Positions 29,783-38,134 of a DNA stretch of 64,000 bases are shown here, piece by piece. Every line of letters begins with the position of its first letter. Positions within the stretch are counted from its first letter, which is position 1. The notes beneath the pieces are model-generated. The model was not told where the DNA came from. It did not search any database and was given only the letters and a program-made list of their open reading frames with translations. Made by a program: the position numbers and the translations under genes. Source of the stretch: a virus; IMG/VR virus record IMGVR_UViG_3300001390_000008, positions 29,805-93,804 of that record. One strand, written 5' to 3'.

Positions 29783-30712
29783 TTAATCCTTCCAAGCAAA
29801 GCACACACTGCACATCTCACAACTCACAGCCCGCTTATCCCCCTTTGTACGACATGCTTTATAGGGTAATTTACCTCCCTCTCTGGCTATTTTTAACTCC
29901 ATTGCTTCCTCTTTATAATCCTCTATTCTACACAAATATTCTTGAGGATCTAGGACAAATTCCTTGAAAGGTGATTTACCGAATACATAACTCTTAGTAA
30001 CATAAAATACGGACACTTGTTGGTGTATTGCATACCCCATTTCTTTTGCCAGCCACCAGTAAAATATAATCTGTAATATATGCGCGGGCAATGGTGCAGT
30101 TAATGCCTCCCACGCTTCATGCTTTATAGACTTGATTTCACTAAGATATAGCAGACCGTTTATCAGATGGGCTAGATCAACCGCCCCACTTATCATGTAC
30201 TCGTCATTTGTTAATAGTAGTTCTTCATACTTGGTAGGAAGCTCTCCACATTTAGAGCAGGTTGCTGGCCCTTTCTTTGTGGACATAGCCTTATTGTATG
30301 TCCCTACTACCTCTGTCCCCCCACAATAGCACTGCCATCTACCATATATTTCCTCTGGGTTATTTCTTATTGCTTTAGCCTTAACATAGTCATGTATGGC
30401 ATTACCTATAGCGAAAGTAACCCCAGTATTATCGTAGAGTGCCTCACCGTGTAAATCTACCTTTGTAACGTATGACAAGGCAACCATACGCATACACTTA
30501 CCTATAATATCAGATACATGGGTATACTCACCGTACCTAAACCCATTCATCTTAAATACCCCAGATAGCCTGCTTATAAGCACCTCTGGATCATCCATGG
30601 GTAGTATTATCCCATCGGTTTCACACCCTTCTTTATCCCGTCTATTACGGCGTTTAAGCATCCTGGATACACTAACCCCTCCCGAACTTACCCTTGGTAT
30701 TCTTCTAGCCAC
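29783..30712 (-). CDS. PD-(D/E)XK (Cas4/RecB-like) exonuclease
   Basis: GNAIH, SGAVD, EIKS, Q...Y and C-terminal Cys cluster. Confidence 0.75.
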   Translation of the reverse strand: MARRIPRVSSGGVSVSRMLKRRNRRDKEGCETDGIILPMDDPEVLISRLSGVFKMNGFRYGEYTHVSDIIGKCMRMVALSYVTKVDLHGEALYDNTGVTFAIGNAIHDYVKAKAIRNNPEEIYGRWQCYCGGTEVVGTYNKAMSTKKGPATCSKCGELPTKYEELLLTNDEYMISGAVDLAHLINGLLYLSEIKSIKHEAWEALTAPLPAHILQIIFYWWLAKEMGYAIHQQVSVFYVTKSYVFGKSPFKEFVLDPQEYLCRIEDYKEEAMELKIAREGGKLPYKACRTKGDKRAVSCEMCSVCFAWKD

Positions 30713-30724
30713 TAACTCACTCCT

Positions 30725-31078
30725 TTATCTCTCTATAAAATGTAGTGCATAAGTAGGAATAATAGCTATCTCCATCTCGGGGGCTCCCCTTTCATCAATG
30801 AACTCTATAACTATGGCTGGTATCTCTGTATTACATAGAGCAGCCTCCTCTATCTTGTTAAGCATATCTCTGGTAACACTAAATGATTTATTCTTAGTAG
30901 TCTTTGCCTCTATGCGGATAATACCATAGCACCCTTTAACATCACCTTTTTGGTGCCCAGACCCAGAACCGGGAACTAATGCACCTTTAAACCTATTTGC
31001 TAATTCTAGCTCCTGTTTGGGGGAGCGTACATGGGATACACTCTGCTTACCCCGTTCGCTTTTAGGTATCTTAAGCAT
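30725..31078 (-). CDS. PD-(D/E)XK endonuclease (Hjc-like)
   Basis: PGSGSG..KGDV...RIEAKTT. Confidence 0.75.
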   Translation of the reverse strand: MLKIPKSERGKQSVSHVRSPKQELELANRFKGALVPGSGSGHQKGDVKGCYGIIRIEAKTTKNKSFSVTRDMLNKIEEAALCNTEIPAIVIEFIDERGAPEMEIAIIPTYALHFIER

Positions 31079-33258
31079 TAAGTAATCCTACATATAAACT
31101 CATTAGGCATACCTAACTTTTCTGCCTGCTTGCGTATAATGTGGGTACGTAATTCCCAATATATATCGGGCTCCTCACGTAACATTTGTATAGCATCTTC
31201 CTGTAGACTAAACTTAGTTTTATAGTCTAGAAATTCTAACCACTGATTTGCCCCCGCCCCACCCACAAAACCAAACTTCTTTGCTACTGAAAATACAGTA
31301 CGTGCATCATCTACATCCCCTACACCCATACCTGTTTTTTCATCAGGATCCCTTATTATAGTAAACTCACCTGTGCGAGGGCCGTTATTCATTTTATTTT
31401 TAGTTATAGTATATGAATGTTCATTATGTGTGATGGTTTCCATTGCATTAGTATCGTTACCTTTTATCTCCCTATTTTTCATAATAATATCAAAACTAGT
31501 AGCGTGGCCCAGCGCCCGGCCCCCTGGAACCTTTCTAGGGTTCATACCATGACCTCCAATATCACTCCTAAATTGATTGGTATTAACTAGTGTTACGTAG
31601 TGATTTCGCCGCCTTTCCTCTATCATAATAGAAGTAGTCTTGCGTACAAACTCTGCAATAAGCCTGGCGTGGAAGGCAACAAGATGATCTTCTGCGCTGG
31701 ATTCTCTTTCTTTCATTGGTTCCATAGCTGCGATAGAATCTACGACTACTAGGGAGGTTTCTACGGACTGTAGTATAGCATCTGCAATATCAAGTGCCAT
31801 CTCACCTGTCTCGCATTCAATAACCTCTAAAGCATCTATATCCACCCCCAACTTTTCTGCCCATACACTTTCAAAAGTACCTTCGGTGTCTAGTACAATA
31901 ACTTTTTGATCTGGAAATTGCCTCTGTGCATTAGCTATTATCTTATTAGACAACATACTATTATGTGTAACTATATAGTCTTGTGTAATGTATAAATTGT
32001 CTTCTGCCTCAATGCTAATACAGACCATATCACAATCTTCATCTGGCACTATATGTGAGATGGATCTTACTGGCCCTCTACGCTTTCTACCGCCATAAGC
32101 CTCTACCTTTTTCTTACACGCCTTAAATGTGGGCACCCCCAAAGGCAGCACAATAGAAACTGTTTGCTCGTACACCTCATCTTCTTCTCTGTAACTTTGA
32201 CTAATAGATGCAGTTCCCCCTAGTGACTGGGCTAACTCCTGAACACCTAATGCTAATTGCCTTGAGTACGAGTGATATCTAGCCCCTGCATAATGTTTAT
32301 CTTCTTCCTTATTTAAATATACTGTAGACCCATCACAATCCATTAACCCGTTTAATAAAGAAATTCTGTCATCAATAGAGGCTCTTAAGTAGACTTCTGG
32401 GATAAACTTATCCCTAGATAATTTTCCCCATATACCTAAAACTCTAAGACTACTTATTGTCGTATTCCTTTTCTTTTTTTCTACATCAAATACCTTCCAG
32501 TGTCTAGTACCCTCCACGTAGGTTCTTTCTGCTACGATTACCCCACTGCCTCGTATTAGGCTATTTACATAAGCTAAAACATCTACATCATTTGTTGCTA
32601 TATCTATACTCCCGGCCAAATTACCATTAGCTAACATTACCCCCATAAGGTAAGGGTTTATAGGTAGATTCTCACTATCAAAAACCACAGGAGATACCAA
32701 AGGTATCCTATATTTACACATACCAGAATTCTTATCCCTTAGCCTACTATGAAATAATTCATCAGTTGTTTTTATAAAATGATTACCTGAGGTATGCGCT
32801 TGTTTCCTAGACTGAACATGCCATAGATGATCTTTCCCAACTACAAGCTCAGACTTATCAGTAAACGCTACTTTGTATGTGTGTATTCGCCCTCTCGGAT
32901 ATACTCCCGTGACTCTGGTTGCATGTCCGTCTGCCCCAATAACTAAATCGCCTACGGACAAATCTCCAAATAAACACCACCCATCAGGGGTCAGTATATT
33001 ATCCGTATATTTTTGGGCCTTCCCACAGTGTTTTTCCCCGAGTATGTGTGAGGATCTACTACACCCTATTCCACCTAGTGTTGAAAAATCTAGAACAAAG
33101 ATGCCCATAGAAATTCTATCTGGCTGTAGTATCTGCGAGCCCTTCCTTACAGAAGTATCCCCATACCTTTTTCTGACTTGATTTAGTGTATCCTTTAGCT
33201 CATTAGTCTTTTTTTCTTTCTTAACTGACTTCTTAGTAGACTTTCTACGCCTAGCCAT
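31078..33258 (-). CDS. recA: RecA-like recombinase, intein-containing
   Basis: GEKHCGK|S Walker A, LDTEG, VVVDSIAAM, NQFR, PGGRAL, KNK; start set at MARRRK. Confidence 0.9.
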   Translation of the reverse strand: MARRRKSTKKSVKKEKKTNELKDTLNQVRKRYGDTSVRKGSQILQPDRISMGIFVLDFSTLGGIGCSRSSHILGEKHCGKAQKYTDNILTPDGWCLFGDLSVGDLVIGADGHATRVTGVYPRGRIHTYKVAFTDKSELVVGKDHLWHVQSRKQAHTSGNHFIKTTDELFHSRLRDKNSGMCKYRIPLVSPVVFDSENLPINPYLMGVMLANGNLAGSIDIATNDVDVLAYVNSLIRGSGVIVAERTYVEGTRHWKVFDVEKKKRNTTISSLRVLGIWGKLSRDKFIPEVYLRASIDDRISLLNGLMDCDGSTVYLNKEEDKHYAGARYHSYSRQLALGVQELAQSLGGTASISQSYREEDEVYEQTVSIVLPLGVPTFKACKKKVEAYGGRKRRGPVRSISHIVPDEDCDMVCISIEAEDNLYITQDYIVTHNSMLSNKIIANAQRQFPDQKVIVLDTEGTFESVWAEKLGVDIDALEVIECETGEMALDIADAILQSVETSLVVVDSIAAMEPMKERESSAEDHLVAFHARLIAEFVRKTTSIMIEERRRNHYVTLVNTNQFRSDIGGHGMNPRKVPGGRALGHATSFDIIMKNREIKGNDTNAMETITHNEHSYTITKNKMNNGPRTGEFTIIRDPDEKTGMGVGDVDDARTVFSVAKKFGFVGGAGANQWLEFLDYKTKFSLQEDAIQMLREEPDIYWELRTHIIRKQAEKLGMPNEFICRIT
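31960..33018 (-). mobile_element. class 3 (Ala1, WCT) intein (353 aa) with LAGLIDADG endonuclease
   Basis: starts AQK, block B DHLW, block F MVCI, ends IVTHN, +1 Ser; LNGLMDCDG. Confidence 0.88.
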
Positions 33259-33586
33259 TATCACTCTCAGTACTAATGTACTGCTCCACTTCATTCTCAA
33301 GCATCTCACTTACCTGATCTGCAATAGCCTCATAAGTCTCGTTCACCATTTCTTTATAACATGGCATCATAATAGATACATCTACCCGCAGGAACTCATA
33401 CTGAGCTAAACTACGCGTTACCCCTGCCTTAACACTGACATAGGCGGGATCGACATCAAACACTTCAACCTCTTTTGTTACTAGTTCGGTTTCCTCGCCC
33501 TTTACTACTGAAGTAGTTACCGTCTTTGTAGACATAACTACTATCTTTTCCTTACTTTTTCTCTTACGCTTTTTCCGCTCTGCCAT
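33251..33586 (-). CDS. conserved phage hypothetical protein
   Basis: GVTRSLAQYEFLRVDVSI motif. Confidence 0.7.
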   Translation of the reverse strand: MAERKKRKRKSKEKIVVMSTKTVTTSVVKGEETELVTKEVEVFDVDPAYVSVKAGVTRSLAQYEFLRVDVSIMMPCYKEMVNETYEAIADQVSEMLENEVEQYISTESDNG

Positions 33587-33597
33587 TATCTTGCCCT

Positions 33598-34143
33598 CTA
33601 TATTTTTTGTTTACGATATGCCTCGATACCCTGCCACATAAGATGCACTGTTTGTACATGCTCGGTAAGAAAATAGGTATACTCTTTTTCGTGGTTCCTT
33701 AGTATTGTTGCAATCACTTGCAATTCCCCAACACTATAATGATTAAATCCCCTTATAGTATCCTGTAAAATAGGGGGTGGTATCATTTCATCCTTTATCC
33801 ATCGCTTAAATGCTAGAGGGGTTTTACCCAAAGCGTTAGCCGCTTCCGTCATATTATAGACAGGGACTACGATAGGGTATTCTAGTTTATCCCCAACAAC
33901 CTCCTTATCCAGAGCATCAAATAACAGCCCACGGGTAAGCTTACTTTCTTTCTTTGGGTTATTACGTCTATAGTTTTTTCTATTACCCTCCTTTACCCGC
34001 TCGCGATACCCCTCATTACTACTGTATTTTTCCCGTCGGGGGCTATGACTATCCTCGCCTTCTTTAACTCCGCCCCTCTTCTTATTACCTCTGTTCGTAG
34101 CTTGCTTGTGTTTATTTTTCGTGTGCCTTTGCGTGGGTGCCAT
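33598..34143 (-). CDS. HTH DNA-binding protein (MerR/Xis-like)
   Basis: YNMTEAANALGKTPLAFKRWIKDEMIPPP. Confidence 0.65.
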   Translation of the reverse strand: MAPTQRHTKNKHKQATNRGNKKRGGVKEGEDSHSPRREKYSSNEGYRERVKEGNRKNYRRNNPKKESKLTRGLLFDALDKEVVGDKLEYPIVVPVYNMTEAANALGKTPLAFKRWIKDEMIPPPILQDTIRGFNHYSVGELQVIATILRNHEKEYTYFLTEHVQTVHLMWQGIEAYRKQKI

Positions 34144-35573
34144 TGGTATATCTCCGCGTTGCTTTCCTCGTATTCGGATATGCGTTTAAGGAATTTAAAC
34201 TCTGCCTTATAGGACATAATATCCCTGATTGTTACCCATAATGGGGTTTTTTTCCCGGCCATTGTTCTAAGTATACGCCCGTGTACCTGTTGCGCTTTTG
34301 CCCTTGGGGTGGCGTCTATGCCGGTATCCACGGCGGGGACATCAACCCCTTTTTTGAACATGGAATATGTAGAAAACCGTACACGGCGATTATCCCTCCT
34401 ATCCTCTAACTTAGCTTTGGGTATTTTCTTTTTTAGCATCTGCAACTTAACCGGGGTATATTCTGCATCTTTGATTAACCCGGCAGGCTTATGGGAGGGG
34501 GTGGCATCTTTAGCGTACTTCCATATATGGTCGTAGGTTGTTACTACCCCCATCTCTTCTGAGGGTATACCCTTATCTGCACACATACAAAATAAATTAT
34601 GCAGATGCTCTGCACGATCACTAACTACTAACACAGTACGGCCACGGCCATACAGCTCTTTAACTGCCCATACAAGCAAAGCATTTCGCCTATCGTCTCT
34701 GGAGATTTCTGTAATAAATCTACCGTCTTTTGGCGATACATTAGCATACCAGCTCAGGACACCATCGTACTCAATATAACTTGCCATAGATTTTTTATGC
34801 TTATTTTTTATCTTGACTTCTACATCACCAAGATTAACTTCAAGTAATTTTTGTAGCTTATCATCTCTATCCGGGGTGGCTGATACCCCAAATCTTACAC
34901 TTGCAGAAAATTGTAATAATACCTGTGAAAATTTCTCTGCACCAACGGTATCGCATTCGTCGAATACTACTGTACCAAAATAATTATATAAATCATCCTC
35001 GTATTTTCTGTTATACAGAGTTTGTACCATACCTACTACTAATTTTTTACCTCGATATTCACATAATTTACCCTGCACAATACCTATATCATTATCTTTA
35101 AGCCCGAATTTATTTTTAGCCTCTGATATCCACTGATCCCGTAAAAACTTCTGGTCTACTACTATCAATGCTGTCCTGCCCCGCCTGCGTATATACTCCA
35201 GACTACAGACAGTTTTTCCAAATCCTGCATGAGCTCTTACACGACAATCGTATTTAGCCGCATGGGGGCTAAAATAACTCTCTAACTCCTCAATAAATTT
35301 ATCCTGCCCTTCTCGCAATAGTAGCTTCTTCATACCCCCTATAGATTCCCCCTGCGAAGTCCTATCAACTACTGTTATGTTGTTATCATTAGCATAGGCC
35401 GCCCCGTACTGCCGTGGTGTATAGATAAATTTATGATCTACCTTATAGGCTGTAACAGTTGTTATTTTTTTCTTACTGTAATCCCATAACTTTATTGTTA
35501 GATCCTTCTTTACCTTTTTAAGGTCTACCTGATCTAACAAAAATCTTACATCACTGGTCAGTACCGCCTGCAT
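33993..35573 (-). CDS. superfamily 2 DNA helicase
   Basis: AHAGFGKT, VFDECD, SATPDR, GVDVP, QVHGRILR. Confidence 0.88.
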   Translation of the reverse strand: MQAVLTSDVRFLLDQVDLKKVKKDLTIKLWDYSKKKITTVTAYKVDHKFIYTPRQYGAAYANDNNITVVDRTSQGESIGGMKKLLLREGQDKFIEELESYFSPHAAKYDCRVRAHAGFGKTVCSLEYIRRRGRTALIVVDQKFLRDQWISEAKNKFGLKDNDIGIVQGKLCEYRGKKLVVGMVQTLYNRKYEDDLYNYFGTVVFDECDTVGAEKFSQVLLQFSASVRFGVSATPDRDDKLQKLLEVNLGDVEVKIKNKHKKSMASYIEYDGVLSWYANVSPKDGRFITEISRDDRRNALLVWAVKELYGRGRTVLVVSDRAEHLHNLFCMCADKGIPSEEMGVVTTYDHIWKYAKDATPSHKPAGLIKDAEYTPVKLQMLKKKIPKAKLEDRRDNRRVRFSTYSMFKKGVDVPAVDTGIDATPRAKAQQVHGRILRTMAGKKTPLWVTIRDIMSYKAEFKFLKRISEYEESNAEIYQWHPRKGTRKINTSKLRTEVIRRGAELKKARIVIAPDGKNTVVMRGIASG

Positions 35574-35576
35574 TAA

Positions 35577-36548
35577 TTAACGACTCCTACGGGAGCGCCT
35601 ACTACTGCGTTCACCCCCAGAATCACGATCTTTCTTACTTGCTTCCCGTCCTGTTGCTTTACGACTACTTGATGAATCTCCCCCACTATTGCGCTTACCT
35701 GAACTAGAAGACTTTTTCTCTTTCCCTCGCCCTTTACGCCTTTTATTGGAACTACTACTATCATCGTCTTTATCCCATGGTTCATCATCGCCACCGTCAC
35801 CCCAGCTATCTTTATCCAGGTCACGATCCTGTTGTTTTTTAGAACCCATAGGTGGATCTACCCCCAACATAGCCCGGATACTATCTGCATCTGGTTTTTC
35901 AAAAATATCGGCATAAACAAAAGGCTCGCCCATATTTTCTACGTGTTCTTTATTCTCACGATCCTCCCATGTGCGAATAAATTTGCTCATCAATTTCTTC
36001 TCTTTTACCCACTCAAGTAATTCCATATCATTACCAATAGCAGCATCCTTTGGCCCATCACGACTAGTCTGGAATAAGGCACCACGTAAAGACCCTTCAC
36101 GGCTCATAAGTCTGTCAAACTTCTTTTGCTGGCTCTGCTTAACTGCCATCAATTTACGGCTGGCGTTATGCTTAACCCCATTTTTATCCTTAAAGGGGGT
36201 CAGGTCTATTACGGAAAGAAATAATACATAGGGGGATTCCCCATACTCCGTGCAAGCTGCACAATCTTCAGTCTCCTTTGGGCAGGTAACATGGTTAGTG
36301 AACTTACCAGTACGCGGGTCGGGGAGCGTATGTTCGTAGAGGTAACAATCAGGGGCATCATCAAGTATAATAAACTCTTTAGTCTCTCCTACAGGAACAA
36401 AGAACCTGAATATTCTTCCTTTACTTGCCTGCTCCCTGCGTATTTTAGATTTTACCCTCTCATCTGCCGCACGATTTCTGCCCTCTTTACCGCTATGAAT
36501 AAAAGACCTGTTACCACCACTTGCTACTCTTTGTTTTTTATCACCCAT
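35577..36548 (-). CDS. putative single-stranded DNA-binding protein
   Basis: H..C..C..C Zn motif, predicted OB-like core, charged low-complexity tail, position in replication block. Confidence 0.6.
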   Translation of the reverse strand: MGDKKQRVASGGNRSFIHSGKEGRNRAADERVKSKIRREQASKGRIFRFFVPVGETKEFIILDDAPDCYLYEHTLPDPRTGKFTNHVTCPKETEDCAACTEYGESPYVLFLSVIDLTPFKDKNGVKHNASRKLMAVKQSQQKKFDRLMSREGSLRGALFQTSRDGPKDAAIGNDMELLEWVKEKKLMSKFIRTWEDRENKEHVENMGEPFVYADIFEKPDADSIRAMLGVDPPMGSKKQQDRDLDKDSWGDGGDDEPWDKDDDSSSSNKRRKGRGKEKKSSSSGKRNSGGDSSSSRKATGREASKKDRDSGGERSSRRSRRSR

Positions 36549-36565
36549 AACTATTCTCCTATAAA

Positions 36566-36898
36566 TTATTTACTAAATATTTCATTAATTTCCTTTACTA
36601 ATATAAGAGATGCTTTCATAGTCATCCCCAGCCTATATAACTGTATTGCCTTTATTCCCTGTAGATTAATAAGCTCTGCCCCATAACCCGGTATGCTGAA
36701 TAAAAAAAAAGTATCTTCATTATTATCTCCGTATAAAGACACTGGGGCTATCATTAATACCGGATGTTGTGCCCGTTTTTTTAGGCGCATTTTTTTATCC
36801 CTAATTGATAAAACAACACAGGCATTATCTTTAAGTGCAGTTAATGGGCTATCAACAGGAATACTATTTTTAAAAGGAAATTCGACTATATCAAACAC
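36566..36898 (-). CDS. hypothetical protein
   Basis: 110-aa ORF between primase and SSB. Confidence 0.55.
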   Translation of the reverse strand: MFDIVEFPFKNSIPVDSPLTALKDNACVVLSIRDKKMRLKKRAQHPVLMIAPVSLYGDNNEDTFFLFSIPGYGAELINLQGIKAIQLYRLGMTMKASLILVKEINEIFSK

Positions 36899-36900
36899 AG

Positions 36901-37893
36901 CTATAGCAACCTGGCATCATCTATCATATTATAATACTGCTCTAAAGCCAGTTCACCAGGATCTTCTGGTGGCCTCATATTTCCTGTTTTTTTATCCCTT
37001 ATGGTATTCTCTTTAGGGTACTGCACTTTCATTAAAGGTATATGCAAAGCAAGCCTATCCTTTACAGTAGACCTACCCATTCTCCCCGCTTTATCATCAT
37101 CGAACATGGTATACACCGACACCCTCATATCTTTCAATATCGCCGCCTGCTCAGAGGTTATACTTGAATGTAAAGCAGCTACAACTGGGGCACCTAATTG
37201 ATACAGATTAGCATAATCAAACAACCCTTCTACCAGCACTACATAATTATATTCCTGCCGGTTTATTAAATGTGCACCAAGCAACAAATTCTTTTTTGGT
37301 AAACCAAAATAATCCCTTACTTTAGGTTTTGCATCTCCCGTTGCCCTACTTGTATACCCATAAAAACCACCTATAATAGAGAACACAGGAAATAATATAC
37401 GCTCAACCCCATGATCATCGGGGTCTACACACAAACCCAACTGATCTACTACCCAATCTTGTATCCCTCTCTCTACTAAGTAGGGATGCCCTTTTGCCGA
37501 TTCATATAAATCCAAATAATCTTCAGATATAGGTTCCCCTAGTTTTTTATATTTACTATTATACGTAGTCCTTTTGTCCCAGATAGGTAAAGTAGCATTA
37601 AGATCTTCATCTCTGTCTATACTGCTTATCTCTTCACTATAGTCTTCCCCTGTGTATTCCCCCAAATCTTCCAATAATGTCTTTAACACCCCCTTAGCCT
37701 TACAGGTGAAACAATGGAACACAGAACTGTCGTGAGGGTTGACCTTAATACCAAAACTAGCATTATTATCAGTACCCCCTTCGTGCAGGTATGCAGAGAG
37801 GGGGCAGTTAGTCATTACCCACTCCCCCTCATCTTTCACCATGCTTTGGCATAAGGTACCATGAATGAATTCATGTATGCCTTCCCTGTCCAC
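36901..37893 (-). CDS. DNA primase (Zn finger + TOPRIM)
   Basis: CP...H...HCFTC, VLVEGLFD, FDDDKAG. Confidence 0.9.
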   Translation of the reverse strand: MDREGIHEFIHGTLCQSMVKDEGEWVMTNCPLSAYLHEGGTDNNASFGIKVNPHDSSVFHCFTCKAKGVLKTLLEDLGEYTGEDYSEEISSIDRDEDLNATLPIWDKRTTYNSKYKKLGEPISEDYLDLYESAKGHPYLVERGIQDWVVDQLGLCVDPDDHGVERILFPVFSIIGGFYGYTSRATGDAKPKVRDYFGLPKKNLLLGAHLINRQEYNYVVLVEGLFDYANLYQLGAPVVAALHSSITSEQAAILKDMRVSVYTMFDDDKAGRMGRSTVKDRLALHIPLMKVQYPKENTIRDKKTGNMRPPEDPGELALEQYYNMIDDARLL

Positions 37894-38134
37894 CTCGTAC
37901 TCCTATCTATCTCGCCGGGCTATAGCTTTATCGAATATCTTTTTACCGTCTGGGATAGCACTCTCTAATGAAGACAACACCTCTGGTGTGATTGTGCCAA
38001 ACACTGCATAGTTGCCTGTTGTTGTGCGCTGTGCATTCTCTAGAATAAATTTTATCGCCTCTACCCTTACCCTTTTAACTTCTATTTCATTCATTTTGTT
38101 CCCCCCTCTATTACTAAGGATTGAGTATACTTGA

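Noticed and set aside
29783-30712. cas4 as part of a CRISPR-Cas locus
   Set aside because: No other cas genes; sits in the recombination block as is usual for phage exonucleases.
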